A stretch of 64,000 nucleotides of DNA from a virus. The position numbers were made by a program, and so were the translations under genes. Of the stretch, positions 23,381 to 32,941 are shown one piece after another (positions within the stretch are counted from its first letter, which is position 1; the number at the start of each line of letters is the position of its first letter). The stretch is from IMG/VR virus record IMGVR_UViG_3300025093_000013, positions 32,001 to 96,000 of that record. The stretch is one strand, 5' to 3'. The notes below the pieces were generated by a model that worked only from the letters and a program-made list of their open reading frames with translations, was not told the DNA's origin and did no database searches.

Positions 23381-26248
23381 ATGGCAGACCAAATACCTTT
23401 AAGAATAGTTACTGTCTCAGGTCAACCCTTTATTGGAGAGTTTCAATCAGGTGACACCGTTGGAGTCGTTCATGGTGGAACTGGTGCATCAAGTATAGCT
23501 GGTCTAAAAACCGCCTTAGACTATAACCTAACTGGTTTAGACGATGTTGCTGTAGGGTTCCCTGATGCGTTATCAGCTAACCAAATTATTGTTTGGAACG
23601 GGACTGCTTGGGTAAACGAATACAACGACAAGACTGAGATGCGTGTTCGGAACGGCAACGAAGTTGCCATGAGCAAGGGTGATGTAATTGCCATTAAAGA
23701 TTCTCAGAACGCTAATCTTGTAAATGTTATCCTAGCAGATGCATCTCAAACATCTGCTATGCCTGCTCTTGGTGTTCTTGAGCAAGACCTTGCTGTAGGT
23801 GAAGAGGGTATTGCAATTACTTTTGGCAAGGCTCAGGGTCTTAATACATCGGGTCTTACAGAAGGTGCAACTGCTTATGTGAGTCCTACAACTCCAGGGG
23901 GTATCACTACTACTAAACCCACCTCTGGAGATCACTTTATTCAAAACATAGGTATCGTTATGAGAGCAAATGCTTTTAACGGTGCTATTAAGGTTACTGG
24001 TATTGGTCGTGCTAACGATATACCTAACGCGGAGATTACGACACTATCAGGTGATGCTGATTATGTTTACATTGATGATGGTGGTGTTTGGAAAAAGATT
24101 ACTCCCGCAAACCTAGGTGTAGGTAGTGGAGGTGGAGGATCCGCATCCTTATCAGGTCTAACTGACACTAATATTTCATCTCCTTCACATAATGAATCTC
24201 TTGTTTGGACATCCTCCACAGGAGAGTGGATCAATGCTAGTGTCGCAGGTGGTGGAGGAGTAACGGATCACGGGCTACTTACAGGTCTAAGCGATAACGA
24301 TCACCCACAGTATGTTCTAACTACTATCAATAATGATCTGTCAACTCTTGTAACAAACATAGAAACCTCTACAGTTGATATATCAGGTTACATAGCTGCC
24401 AATGAAACCACATGGTCAACTGACAACGATACAACAGATCACACTGCTCTGAGTAATATAGGCACAAACACTCACGCCCAGATTGATAGTCACATAGCCT
24501 CAGGTTCTGTACACTTTACAGAAGCGAGCATTGATCATGGATCTATTGCTGGTCTAGGTGACAATGACCATCCTCAGTATGTTCTTTCTGCTACTAATAA
24601 TGCTCTATCAAGCCTTGTAACGAGTGTAGAAACATCTACAGTAAGCCTTTCTAGCTATATTGCGGCTAATGAGACTACATGGTCAACTGACAATGACACG
24701 ACTGATCACACTGCCTTAAGTAATATCGGTACTAACACCCATGCTCAAATCGATAGCCATATTGCTTCAGGATCCGTACACTTCACAGAAGCGAGTATTG
24801 ACCATGGATCTATTGCTGGACTAGCAGACAATGATCACCCTCAGTATGTTCTTTCGGCAACTAACAACGATCTGTCTACGCTTGTCACTAGCGTTGAAAC
24901 ATCTACTGTAAGCCTTTCAAGCTATATCGCTGCTAACGAAACAACTTGGTCCACGGATAATGACACAACAGATCATACTGCCTTAAGTAATATAGGAACT
25001 AATACCCACGCTCAGATTGATAGCCATATTGCGTCTGGGTCTGTACACTTTACAGAAGCAAGCATTGACCACGGATCTATCGCTGGTCTTGGTGATAACG
25101 ATCACCCTCAATATGTTCTCTCTGCTACCAATAATGCTCTATCAAGCCTTGTAACGAGTGTAGAAACATCAACAGTTAATCTATCTGGGTATATTGCAGC
25201 TAACGAGACAACTTGGGCTACTGATACTGACACCACTGATCACACTGCTCTAAGTAATATCGGTACTAATACACACGCTCAGATTGATACTCATATTAGT
25301 AACCACACCACCTCAGCAAATACTTGGAATGGTACTTACCAGACGGTATTTGATAACTCGGGTAGTTGGGGTGGTGGAGGAGGAGTCACCGATCACGGCG
25401 CTTTAACGGGTCTAGCCGACAACGATCACCCGCAGTATGTGCTATCTTCTACTAACGCTGCGCTAAGTTCTCTTGTAACAGATACCACAGACGCAAGCAC
25501 ATTGTTCAGCGGAAACATTACTGTAACAGGAACTACTGCAACTCATATAGGAACTCTAGGAACTACTGACGCTGCTACATTCGGATTACAATCAAGCGGT
25601 AACACTTCCATAATTGCACCATCTCTAATATTGAGTGCGACTACAGCCTATCAATTCCGTAAGAATGGTAGCACTACATTCACTGATACAGACTTCCCTC
25701 AGTCTTGTAGGGATTGGGACTCTACCTACAACACTGTTCTTAACAGTTCAGGTTCTTGGGGTGGTGGAGGCGGTGGAGGCGTAGCCGCTGGTATTACTGT
25801 TGTTAACACGGGAACAGATAATATTAACTCTACTGGTGGTGCCCTTGTTCCATTAGATGTAACCGCTGGATATCCTGCATATGGAAGTTATGCTACAGAC
25901 TTTAGTTACACTCCTGGTAATGCCTATGTAACTATCAACACAGCAGGAACTTACGAGGTAACATTTAATGTTGGTTACATTTCAACAACCACTCGATGGA
26001 ACGGTGTATTAAAAATATACAAAGGTACTGGTGGAGCATCCCCAAGTGCGTGGATTGGTTATGGAGCAGGCAAGATGGGTTATGTAAGAAACTCAAGTGG
26101 TCATAACGAGTCCTCTCTAATTGTAACCTGTCTTGTAACCTGTTCCGCTAATGATACTGTAGGTGGTCATGTAATTAACGAAGCCACTAGCGGAACATGT
26201 ACTCTGGTTGCTAACGAAACATTCATGACAATTAAGAGGATGTCTTGA
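23381..26248 (+). CDS. Fibre protein with His-rich tandem repeats
   Basis: 955 aa, Gly/Thr/Ser-rich, poly-Gly hinges, LSGLTDTNI / W.NG.W fibre motifs. Confidence 0.8.
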   Translation: MADQIPLRIVTVSGQPFIGEFQSGDTVGVVHGGTGASSIAGLKTALDYNLTGLDDVAVGFPDALSANQIIVWNGTAWVNEYNDKTEMRVRNGNEVAMSKGDVIAIKDSQNANLVNVILADASQTSAMPALGVLEQDLAVGEEGIAITFGKAQGLNTSGLTEGATAYVSPTTPGGITTTKPTSGDHFIQNIGIVMRANAFNGAIKVTGIGRANDIPNAEITTLSGDADYVYIDDGGVWKKITPANLGVGSGGGGSASLSGLTDTNISSPSHNESLVWTSSTGEWINASVAGGGGVTDHGLLTGLSDNDHPQYVLTTINNDLSTLVTNIETSTVDISGYIAANETTWSTDNDTTDHTALSNIGTNTHAQIDSHIASGSVHFTEASIDHGSIAGLGDNDHPQYVLSATNNALSSLVTSVETSTVSLSSYIAANETTWSTDNDTTDHTALSNIGTNTHAQIDSHIASGSVHFTEASIDHGSIAGLADNDHPQYVLSATNNDLSTLVTSVETSTVSLSSYIAANETTWSTDNDTTDHTALSNIGTNTHAQIDSHIASGSVHFTEASIDHGSIAGLGDNDHPQYVLSATNNALSSLVTSVETSTVNLSGYIAANETTWATDTDTTDHTALSNIGTNTHAQIDTHISNHTTSANTWNGTYQTVFDNSGSWGGGGGVTDHGALTGLADNDHPQYVLSSTNAALSSLVTDTTDASTLFSGNITVTGTTATHIGTLGTTDAATFGLQSSGNTSIIAPSLILSATTAYQFRKNGSTTFTDTDFPQSCRDWDSTYNTVLNSSGSWGGGGGGGVAAGITVVNTGTDNINSTGGALVPLDVTAGYPAYGSYATDFSYTPGNAYVTINTAGTYEVTFNVGYISTTTRWNGVLKIYKGTGGASPSAWIGYGAGKMGYVRNSSGHNESSLIVTCLVTCSANDTVGGHVINEATSGTCTLVANETFMTIKRMS
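24266..25480 (+). repeat. Intragenic 267-bp (89-aa) tandem repeats
   Basis: DHG codons at 24266, 24533, 24800, 25067; partial unit at 25391. Confidence 0.9.
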
Positions 26249-27066
26249 TGGGATATCTTGTAGACGCAAACGGTAAGTTTATTAACTCAGGTGGTAAGAT
26301 TGTATTTAGACAACCTGTTACTGAATCTCCACCACCTCCTGCTTCACAAGGTACAATTCTACAAACAAACCTACAAGCACACTTCCACGCTGGGGATTCT
26401 GCTTCTTACGGAGGAACGGGTACAACTTGGTCTGATCTGACCACAAACAACAACGATCTTACTCTGACCAACGGGCCTACTCATGTAACCAGCCCTGTCA
26501 GTGCGTTTGATTTTGATGGTACGAATGACCTCGCTAACGGTGGAGATGTTCTCGACTGGGGTACAGGAGACATTACAATAGGTATTTGGATGAATGCTGA
26601 CACGGTTACAGCAGGTTATCAATACATTCAATCCAAGTCAGCAAGAGGTAACAGTGCCAGCCGTTATGGGTGTGGTATTAACAATGCTGCTCCATTCTTC
26701 TTCGTCATGACCACGGATACTGGCGATGGTTCTATGATCTGGACAGGCTCAAGTAATGTTACTATCTCTACATGGCACTACCTAACCTTTACTACGAACA
26801 GAGCAAATAGTCAGGTCAACATGTATATTGATGGAAGTCCTATCACAGAATCAGGTAATGCTGCCGCTGCGGACTTAGATAGAACAGAGGGAGAGAATAT
26901 TAACTCTACCTTCCCATTTTGGATTGGTGGCACACCTAACTCAGATGGTGTTAGTAACTTCTTACCATTCAACGGTAAGGTAGCAGAGCTTCACTGGTAC
27001 AACGCTCGCTTATCTGACGCACAAGTGCTATCAAACTACAACGAAACTAAGATCTTCTACACTTAA
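26245..27066 (+). CDS. LamG / concanavalin A-like lectin virion protein
   Basis: SYGGTGTTWSDL, FDFDGTND, TWHYLT, YIDG, FNGKVAEL..YN..LS...V..NY. Confidence 0.85.
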   Translation: MMGYLVDANGKFINSGGKIVFRQPVTESPPPPASQGTILQTNLQAHFHAGDSASYGGTGTTWSDLTTNNNDLTLTNGPTHVTSPVSAFDFDGTNDLANGGDVLDWGTGDITIGIWMNADTVTAGYQYIQSKSARGNSASRYGCGINNAAPFFFVMTTDTGDGSMIWTGSSNVTISTWHYLTFTTNRANSQVNMYIDGSPITESGNAAAADLDRTEGENINSTFPFWIGGTPNSDGVSNFLPFNGKVAELHWYNARLSDAQVLSNYNETKIFYT

Positions 27067-27290
27067 TCCAGTTTAGTGCCTTCTTTAAGAAGGTTGATAA
27101 TCTTCTCAATGTATCCATCCTTTAATACACGGACGGTGTTGTAGAAGTTCTGCATCTCTCTCATCTTTAGCAGGGTGATGGAGGGATCTTTCTCAAGCAT
27201 TTCGAGAGTTCCTTTGAGAGATCTAATAGTTGCCATCTCGGCTTCTGTTAGTCTTCCGCGAGCCTTTTTGAGTTCTTCTTCGCTTTTCAT
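27063..27290 (-). CDS. Hypothetical protein
   Basis: ATGA-coupled to the helicase. Confidence 0.65.
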   Translation of the reverse strand: MKSEEELKKARGRLTEAEMATIRSLKGTLEMLEKDPSITLLKMREMQNFYNTVRVLKDGYIEKIINLLKEGTKLD

Positions 27291-28651
27291 ACCTTTATGA
27301 CCTCATGTCCTTCAGAGACATAGGTTGAGAATCGTTTATTTGCGTGGGCACCAATATATTTTCCTGTATCCATGAAATCATAGACATATACCACTTCCTT
27401 AGTGTCATGGCGACGAAGAGAGCGTCCGAGTGCTTGTATGGTTGCAATAGGACTCTTAAGGCCGCGAGCATTGATGAAATGTGTGATTTCGCGTATGTTA
27501 ACTCCTGTTTGCAAAATCTTCGTTCCAATAAGGATTGAGTTTTCTCCACACTCTGTAAACCGTCGAATGGTTTCATACCTACTGCCGAGATCATCTTCAC
27601 CTCTAAGGAAATAACAAGATCCTCCAATTCCCTCTTGAAGGATGTGACCGTGTTCAAGGTCTCTGACGAGTACAAGTATTCTGGCTTGTTCATGGTTTGA
27701 TCTGATATCATCCACGATATCTTTGATCATGTTATTTCTGATTTCGTTGTTGACAATAAGTTCTTCGTAAACTCCTCTGTACCCTAGCTCTGAGTCATCA
27801 ACTTCAGACTCAGGAACTTTGAGCATTTGTATGATTGGTTTGGTCAGGACATTATCCTCGATAAGATCTTGAGTTGTCCTGCATGTGTATATAGGTCCGA
27901 ACGCTGATATAAGCGTCCATCGAGGGATTGGGTCCTGCGGCACTGTGGCAGTGAAACCGTACCTGTAAGGAGCGTTAGGAAAGCTCTCAATAGCTGCTAC
28001 GGTGAACTCTCCGTTAGCAAACTCATGAACCTCATCCACCATGAGCACCTCGGCATCTGTGACATAATTGTCGATAATTCTTTCAATGCTTTGGACGGTA
28101 CACAGCATGATGTCACCATCCTCGTAGCCCTCACCAAAGCAGACACCTACATTGTTGAAACCACACTCGTTCACAAAGAAGTCGTAAGTTTGTTTTAAGA
28201 GGGACTTGGCATTGAATAGGATGACCATCTTCTTGCCCATGAGAGACTTGACGATGCCAGCCATAATTAAAGTTTTGCCTGCACCAGTAGGAGCCTTGAT
28301 GATACAGCGATGATTATTCAGCGCGTGTTGGATCGATTCATGCTGATAATCAAAATAAGTAAAAGGATCGATAGATTTAAGAGGAAGAGACTCTGGGCGT
28401 TCATTCTTATATTCTAGCTCAGGAACACAATCAATCTTCTCTAGGTCGGCCAGGATAGAAGGTAACATGCCTGTACCGAACTGACCACCTCTGGTAAAGA
28501 AACGCTTCTTACCATCCCATTGACGCCTCTTGTAGGCTGGTGTAAACTCAGCCCCAGGTATCTTGAAGCTATATAAGTTACTGAGAGCCTTTAGGATCTT
28601 AGGATTATCAGTCTTGAGTTTGGATTTCTGTGTTCCAATCACAATTTTCAT
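27287..28651 (-). CDS. uvsW: SF2 helicase (UvsW-like)
   Basis: APTGAGKT, VDEVH, FTAT, TGVNI, IQALGRSLR. Confidence 0.9.
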   Translation of the reverse strand: MKIVIGTQKSKLKTDNPKILKALSNLYSFKIPGAEFTPAYKRRQWDGKKRFFTRGGQFGTGMLPSILADLEKIDCVPELEYKNERPESLPLKSIDPFTYFDYQHESIQHALNNHRCIIKAPTGAGKTLIMAGIVKSLMGKKMVILFNAKSLLKQTYDFFVNECGFNNVGVCFGEGYEDGDIMLCTVQSIERIIDNYVTDAEVLMVDEVHEFANGEFTVAAIESFPNAPYRYGFTATVPQDPIPRWTLISAFGPIYTCRTTQDLIEDNVLTKPIIQMLKVPESEVDDSELGYRGVYEELIVNNEIRNNMIKDIVDDIRSNHEQARILVLVRDLEHGHILQEGIGGSCYFLRGEDDLGSRYETIRRFTECGENSILIGTKILQTGVNIREITHFINARGLKSPIATIQALGRSLRRHDTKEVVYVYDFMDTGKYIGAHANKRFSTYVSEGHEVIKV

Positions 28652-28652
28652 A

Positions 28653-28675
28653 CTTTATTATAGACTATAATAAAG
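28653..28675. promoter_or_regulatory. Perfect palindrome carrying TATAAT on both strands (bidirectional promoter)
   Basis: CTTTATTATAG-A-CTATAATAAAG between divergent genes. Confidence 0.65.
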
Positions 28676-28687
28676 CGGAGTTTTTAT

Positions 28688-29398
28688 ATGCCAGCAGCAA
28701 AGAAGAAAACTGTAGACGAGATGGTGGATGACATCTTAGCTGATGTCCCCTACAATGCACAAAATACTGTAACTCTCCCCTCAGGTGGGGTTGCTACACT
28801 AAGACCCATTACCTTTGAAGAAGAGAAGCAGATTCTTTCCCTGTCAAAGAAAGGAGTAGATCCTTCCCAAGTGCTTCTTGAAAACTGTGTATCTGATATT
28901 GATAAATCAGATATCCTCCTAGTTGACAAGATATATCTTTTGTTCAAGCTTAGAGAATTATCTTTTGGTTCTGTTTACAAGTTTGTTGTTGGATGCCCTT
29001 CTTGCCACCAAGAAAACAGGATCTCTGTTGACCTAAACGACATGCCTGTAGTTTCTCTGGAAGACATGGGTAGGGAAGTGGAGATACAGCTTCCAATGTG
29101 TAAGAAGCCTGCTAAGGTAAAGCTCGCCTCAATGAGTGACGAGGTTTACATGTCAGACCCTGAGCTTCTGATGGATAATCTTTGGAGATTTATCATCAGC
29201 ATCAATGATGTGGAAAATGACATGGTTATCCAGAAGGCTATCAAAAAACTTCCTGCGGGGGACATTAACACCATAATGTCAACTGTAATGTGCGAGGGGT
29301 ACGGTCTAACCACTGAAATCCGTGTCCTCTGCTCTCACTGCGGCCACGACTCAGTGATGGAGTTGCCTCTAAATAAAAATTTTTTCTCAGCGAGCTAG
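28688..29398 (+). CDS. gp26: Baseplate hub / tail assembly chaperone (T4 gp26-like)
   Basis: LPSG...LRP.T..EEK.LL, D.IYLLFKLRELSFG, CPSC, CSHCG, C-terminal NFF. Confidence 0.8.
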   Translation: MPAAKKKTVDEMVDDILADVPYNAQNTVTLPSGGVATLRPITFEEEKQILSLSKKGVDPSQVLLENCVSDIDKSDILLVDKIYLLFKLRELSFGSVYKFVVGCPSCHQENRISVDLNDMPVVSLEDMGREVEIQLPMCKKPAKVKLASMSDEVYMSDPELLMDNLWRFIISINDVENDMVIQKAIKKLPAGDINTIMSTVMCEGYGLTTEIRVLCSHCGHDSVMELPLNKNFFSAS

Positions 29399-29583
29399 AG
29401 GAAAACAATCTAGAAAATCTATTTAGAGAAGCCTATATACTTGTTAGAAGGTGTAAAGTCCCCTACAGCGATGTAAAAACTATGGATCGCCAAGAAAGGG
29501 GCTTCTTCTTGGGTTTCCTCAAAGAGGAACTCATGGCTGAGGAGGAATATATAAATGAAGCTAAACGGGGTAGAGGTCGTTGA
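29380..29583 (+). CDS. gp51-like/GT-like extension, probably reached by -1 frameshift
   Basis: Hand-translated -1 frame: FLSELEENNLENLFREAYILVRRCKVPYSDVKTMDRQERGFFLGFLKEELMAEEEYINEAKRGRGR; no start codon upstream of the conserved part. Confidence 0.7.
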   Translation, partial: FFLSELEENNLENLFREAYILVRRCKVPYSDVKTMDRQERGFFLGFLKEELMAEEEYINEAKRGRGR

Positions 29584-30478
29584 GAGACAGAATCAACCAG
29601 GGGTTTTGAGCAGAAACGCCCTTAGATTAAATCTATACAATAATGGAACTTACTTTGATCCTTATGCAGTAAGCTCTGTAAGTCTATTTTTCAAGAAGGA
29701 GAATGTTTCCCCAAGCTCTGTTCTTGCTTCAGGGACTCAGCTTATCTCTGATTCAGCGGCATCTTCCGTTAAGTTCAGATGGAGATCAGATAACGCTAAT
29801 GGGTATGTGGCTGAGTCTGAATTCTCTACAGACGCTTCCGATGCATCTGGAGTTTATCGAACTGATGTGGGTCGCTTTGTAGTTGTCCTAGACGGAACAC
29901 AGACCGTATCAAGTCTGGATAGAAGCGGGACCACAATAAAAAATACCGCCAGCAGTGTCGGTGATTACATTGATGTATGGACCATAAAAACAGCCGCATC
30001 CGCTGACTGGAAAGTCTTTATCAATAACTTTACTCTGTTTCAAGACAACATTATAGCGATCACTGAGCCTCTTATGATGAAGTCTAGAACCAGCCTAATG
30101 CCAAACAAGGTTAGACTGGATGAGGTTGTAGAACTAAAGGTTCCTGTTGAAATTACTGTTACCAACAGAAACATAGACGAGAGTATCAAGAACGCTCTCA
30201 GCCAAGGAGTATTAACGGAACCTCAGTTTAGGATCCTCAAGCACAACGAAGATAGTAATCTTCCCGCTAGAGTAGAGGTCTCTGGATACTCAGCTACTTC
30301 TTCTCTGGTCGAGACTACCTCGGATAACACCATGATCTTCAAGCTAGACACTAGTGTCCTTACAGACGGTAGTATTACTGACCTTGGAGCAGGGACAGGC
30401 ACCTACTCAGTTGAGGCCAAGTACACTCTCCTCAACGAAACTATCATCTCACCGATGATGTATTTCACAGTCCGCTGA
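29555..30478 (+). CDS. Hypothetical structural protein
   Basis: 307 aa, beta-rich; ATATATAA upstream. Confidence 0.7.
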   Translation: MKLNGVEVVERQNQPGVLSRNALRLNLYNNGTYFDPYAVSSVSLFFKKENVSPSSVLASGTQLISDSAASSVKFRWRSDNANGYVAESEFSTDASDASGVYRTDVGRFVVVLDGTQTVSSLDRSGTTIKNTASSVGDYIDVWTIKTAASADWKVFINNFTLFQDNIIAITEPLMMKSRTSLMPNKVRLDEVVELKVPVEITVTNRNIDESIKNALSQGVLTEPQFRILKHNEDSNLPARVEVSGYSATSSLVETTSDNTMIFKLDTSVLTDGSITDLGAGTGTYSVEAKYTLLNETIISPMMYFTVR

Positions 30479-31397
30479 GAACCATATTAGCCCAATCGTA
30501 GGGCTTGTAGCTCTTGGCGTAATCTGTGACTAGGAACTGCTCGTCACCAGCAGCAATCAGCATATCGTTCCAGTCCTTGAAGTTGGCACCTGGGAAGATG
30601 TGATTGAAGGTAGGCATACAGCAACGCTTACGGAGCCTCTCAAAGCGTTCTAGACCTTCACGACCAGCATCGTCGTTGTCGTAGGCTACTACAATTGGAC
30701 CCCTGTACTCACGCAGATATCGTATTTGAATGAGCGAAGGGGAGCAGCCGTTGGTACATGTCGCATTAAGACCGCACTCCTTGAGTGCGATGGCATCAAA
30801 GGCACCCTCAGTGATGTATAGTGGCTCGGTGCTCTCGGTATCATAAGGGAGAAGGACATGGGAGGACTTAACACCCGCCTCACTGGGAGGGTTGAGATAC
30901 TTAGGGGTCTGGGGTCCAAGCGCACGGGCTGTAAAGTAGAAAAGTCCGTGTTCGTCCTCGAAGGGGATAATGAGTCTACCTGCGTACCGTCCTGAGGAGG
31001 CATAGTAAAAGCGAGCAGGATTAAGATTACGATTGCGAACATAGTAATCCGCAGGGCTGTCCTCTTCGATTGGATTGAACTCTTCATATTCTAGATTCTG
31101 TATCTCAGGCGTAATGATTTGGGCGCTAGACTCTTCGGGAAGCTGACCGTTCTCGATGCAGTAGCTGTAGAAGATCTCCTTGCCACGATGGTAAGGGACA
31201 CCACGAACAATGGACACAAGCTGGTAAAAGTTACCTGTCTCACCAGATTTGAAGCATTGCCATAGGCCAGTCTCAAGGTTGACGGACATGTGACGCTTGT
31301 AGTCAGAGGTATCAATGACTGAGTTACAAACCCACTCACGACCGCCGCTCTGAAGGCGTCCATCCTTGATGTTATTCTGTACCCACTCGCTAATCAT
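30465..31397 (-). CDS. DNA primase (TOPRIM)
   Basis: GRLIIPF, PKYLN, YITEGAFDA, YDNDDAG, KDWND. Confidence 0.92.
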   Translation of the reverse strand: MISEWVQNNIKDGRLQSGGREWVCNSVIDTSDYKRHMSVNLETGLWQCFKSGETGNFYQLVSIVRGVPYHRGKEIFYSYCIENGQLPEESSAQIITPEIQNLEYEEFNPIEEDSPADYYVRNRNLNPARFYYASSGRYAGRLIIPFEDEHGLFYFTARALGPQTPKYLNPPSEAGVKSSHVLLPYDTESTEPLYITEGAFDAIALKECGLNATCTNGCSPSLIQIRYLREYRGPIVVAYDNDDAGREGLERFERLRKRCCMPTFNHIFPGANFKDWNDMLIAAGDEQFLVTDYAKSYKPYDWANMVLSGL

Positions 31398-32173
31398 TTC
31401 TTGCGTCTTGGTCTGGTCTTACACTCGTCTAGTCGGCCCTTCACGACCTCTGGGTCATTATAGAGTGGGCATATGGATTTGTAAGAACACCAGTTGCAGA
31501 AATCGTTCTTCTGGGGGTACAGGTCATCACTCTTGCATTTGCGGATGGTCCACACATCATCTACAACAGACTTAATGTGTTGCCTAATAGTCGCCTCGGT
31601 GTAGGTAGCCGCGACAAGATTGTTTGATAGAGGATAATAGTGGGCGAAGGTAATGTTTCGTATAGGGACACCCGTAAGCTTGTGTGCTGCGTAGACATAA
31701 GATTTCCCTTGGCTATCATTGAAGAGTTCGAATTTGGTCTTCTCTCGTCTGGAAGTCTTGTAATCCACGACAAGAATATCTCCTGTTGGTGCTTTGATAA
31801 TCCTGTCAATATATCCTTCATGTTTGATTCCATCAGCAATCTCCTCTGCGAAGTGATGCTCCACGATGGACTCCTTTGGCAGTGACGCATTGAACCGCAG
31901 GAAGTTCTTGAAGCATTTCTCGATGTCCTTGTTGTACTTATCTGGGAACTTATACTTGTCCTTTATATCGTTAGCCTTAGCCCAAAGCTGGTCGATAGAG
32001 GTAGCCCCTGTGCTATGCTCAAATACCTCATGGATGAATGAGCCGAAGTGCAAGGCTCCAGTATTGCCAGGATCTGTGTCTTCGTACCTGTTCACATAGT
32101 TGTATTTATATTTGAGTCTGCACTGGCGAAAGGTTTCTCTCTTTGAGTTGCTAATTGTGTTACAAAACATCAC
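31394..32173 (-). CDS. PD-(D/E)XK exonuclease (Cas4/RecB-like, Fe-S)
   Basis: N-terminal Cys, GSFIH, GYIDRI, VVDYKT, C-terminal CNWC.Y..IC. Confidence 0.88.
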   Translation of the reverse strand: MMFCNTISNSKRETFRQCRLKYKYNYVNRYEDTDPGNTGALHFGSFIHEVFEHSTGATSIDQLWAKANDIKDKYKFPDKYNKDIEKCFKNFLRFNASLPKESIVEHHFAEEIADGIKHEGYIDRIIKAPTGDILVVDYKTSRREKTKFELFNDSQGKSYVYAAHKLTGVPIRNITFAHYYPLSNNLVAATYTEATIRQHIKSVVDDVWTIRKCKSDDLYPQKNDFCNWCSYKSICPLYNDPEVVKGRLDECKTRPRRKK

Positions 32174-32448
32174 AGTATCATAGGGTAATAAATCTCGATC
32201 TCGATAGCCTGGAAGAAGTCCTGAACCTGCTCCTCAGAGTATTTGCACTTCTTGGTCATATAGTGGTACAGACTCCTCTTTTTTAAAGGTTTCTTGTCAG
32301 AAACAGTCTTCAAGAGCTTATACTGAAACTTCTTGATGAAGGATGTAGAGAATCTATGTCTCCACTTACTTACAAACTTATCACTAAAGGTATAGTCTAG
32401 TAAGTCTATAAACTCTATAATTTCATAGTTATCTATACTCATCATCAT
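32170..32448 (-). CDS. Hypothetical protein
   Basis: Coupled to the nuclease gene. Confidence 0.65.
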   Translation of the reverse strand: MMMSIDNYEIIEFIDLLDYTFSDKFVSKWRHRFSTSFIKKFQYKLLKTVSDKKPLKKRSLYHYMTKKCKYSEEQVQDFFQAIEIEIYYPMIL

Positions 32449-32477
32449 TAATAAATATTACTATATAATACAGGCAC

Positions 32478-32939
32478 ATGGCTGAGATTTCGAAAAAAGA
32501 TCCTAGATTTCTAGAGATTCAAGAAGAAAAACTTAAAAGGGCCCTGGAGATAGATGAAACGGGACTTGACCTGATCTCTGCTAGGGTCCCTTCGGTCAAT
32601 AGTATCAGCCCTGGTAATGTAGTAAGTTTCTCCTACAATAAATCAAGTTACATGGCCCTTGCAGTGTCTAATGGTAGATCAGGCCCTAGTAGTGCAGTAT
32701 TCAGGAGTCGAGGTACAAAGAATAAGCTGTTCTCTTGTTTCTTGGTGGATCACCTGTCTAGTGAATCCTTAAAGATTATTATCGAGTCCCTAAATAGATA
32801 TGGGAGCTTCACAAAGATAGCTTCCTACAGGTACATAACTAACCTATTCGGACTTTTTGTAGGCAGGGAGAATTACAGAACATTTATATCAACAGGAAGG
32901 ATGTCGAATCTAACCAGGATATTAACTAAAGGAAGGTAA
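32478..32939 (+). CDS. Hypothetical protein, weakly similar to DNA end protector (gp2)
   Basis: PG..VSFSY ... NYRTF pattern; CTATATAA upstream. Confidence 0.4.
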   Translation: MAEISKKDPRFLEIQEEKLKRALEIDETGLDLISARVPSVNSISPGNVVSFSYNKSSYMALAVSNGRSGPSSAVFRSRGTKNKLFSCFLVDHLSSESLKIIIESLNRYGSFTKIASYRYITNLFGLFVGRENYRTFISTGRMSNLTRILTKGR

Positions 32940-32941
32940 CC

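Noticed and set aside
23381-26248. Diversity-generating retroelement TR/VR pair in the fibre repeats
   Set aside because: Differences are synonymous and not adenine-specific; no reverse transcriptase in the window.
17649-31397. Inteins or introns in terL, portal, helicase or primase
   Set aside because: Lengths are normal, motifs contiguous, and no intein splice signatures were seen.
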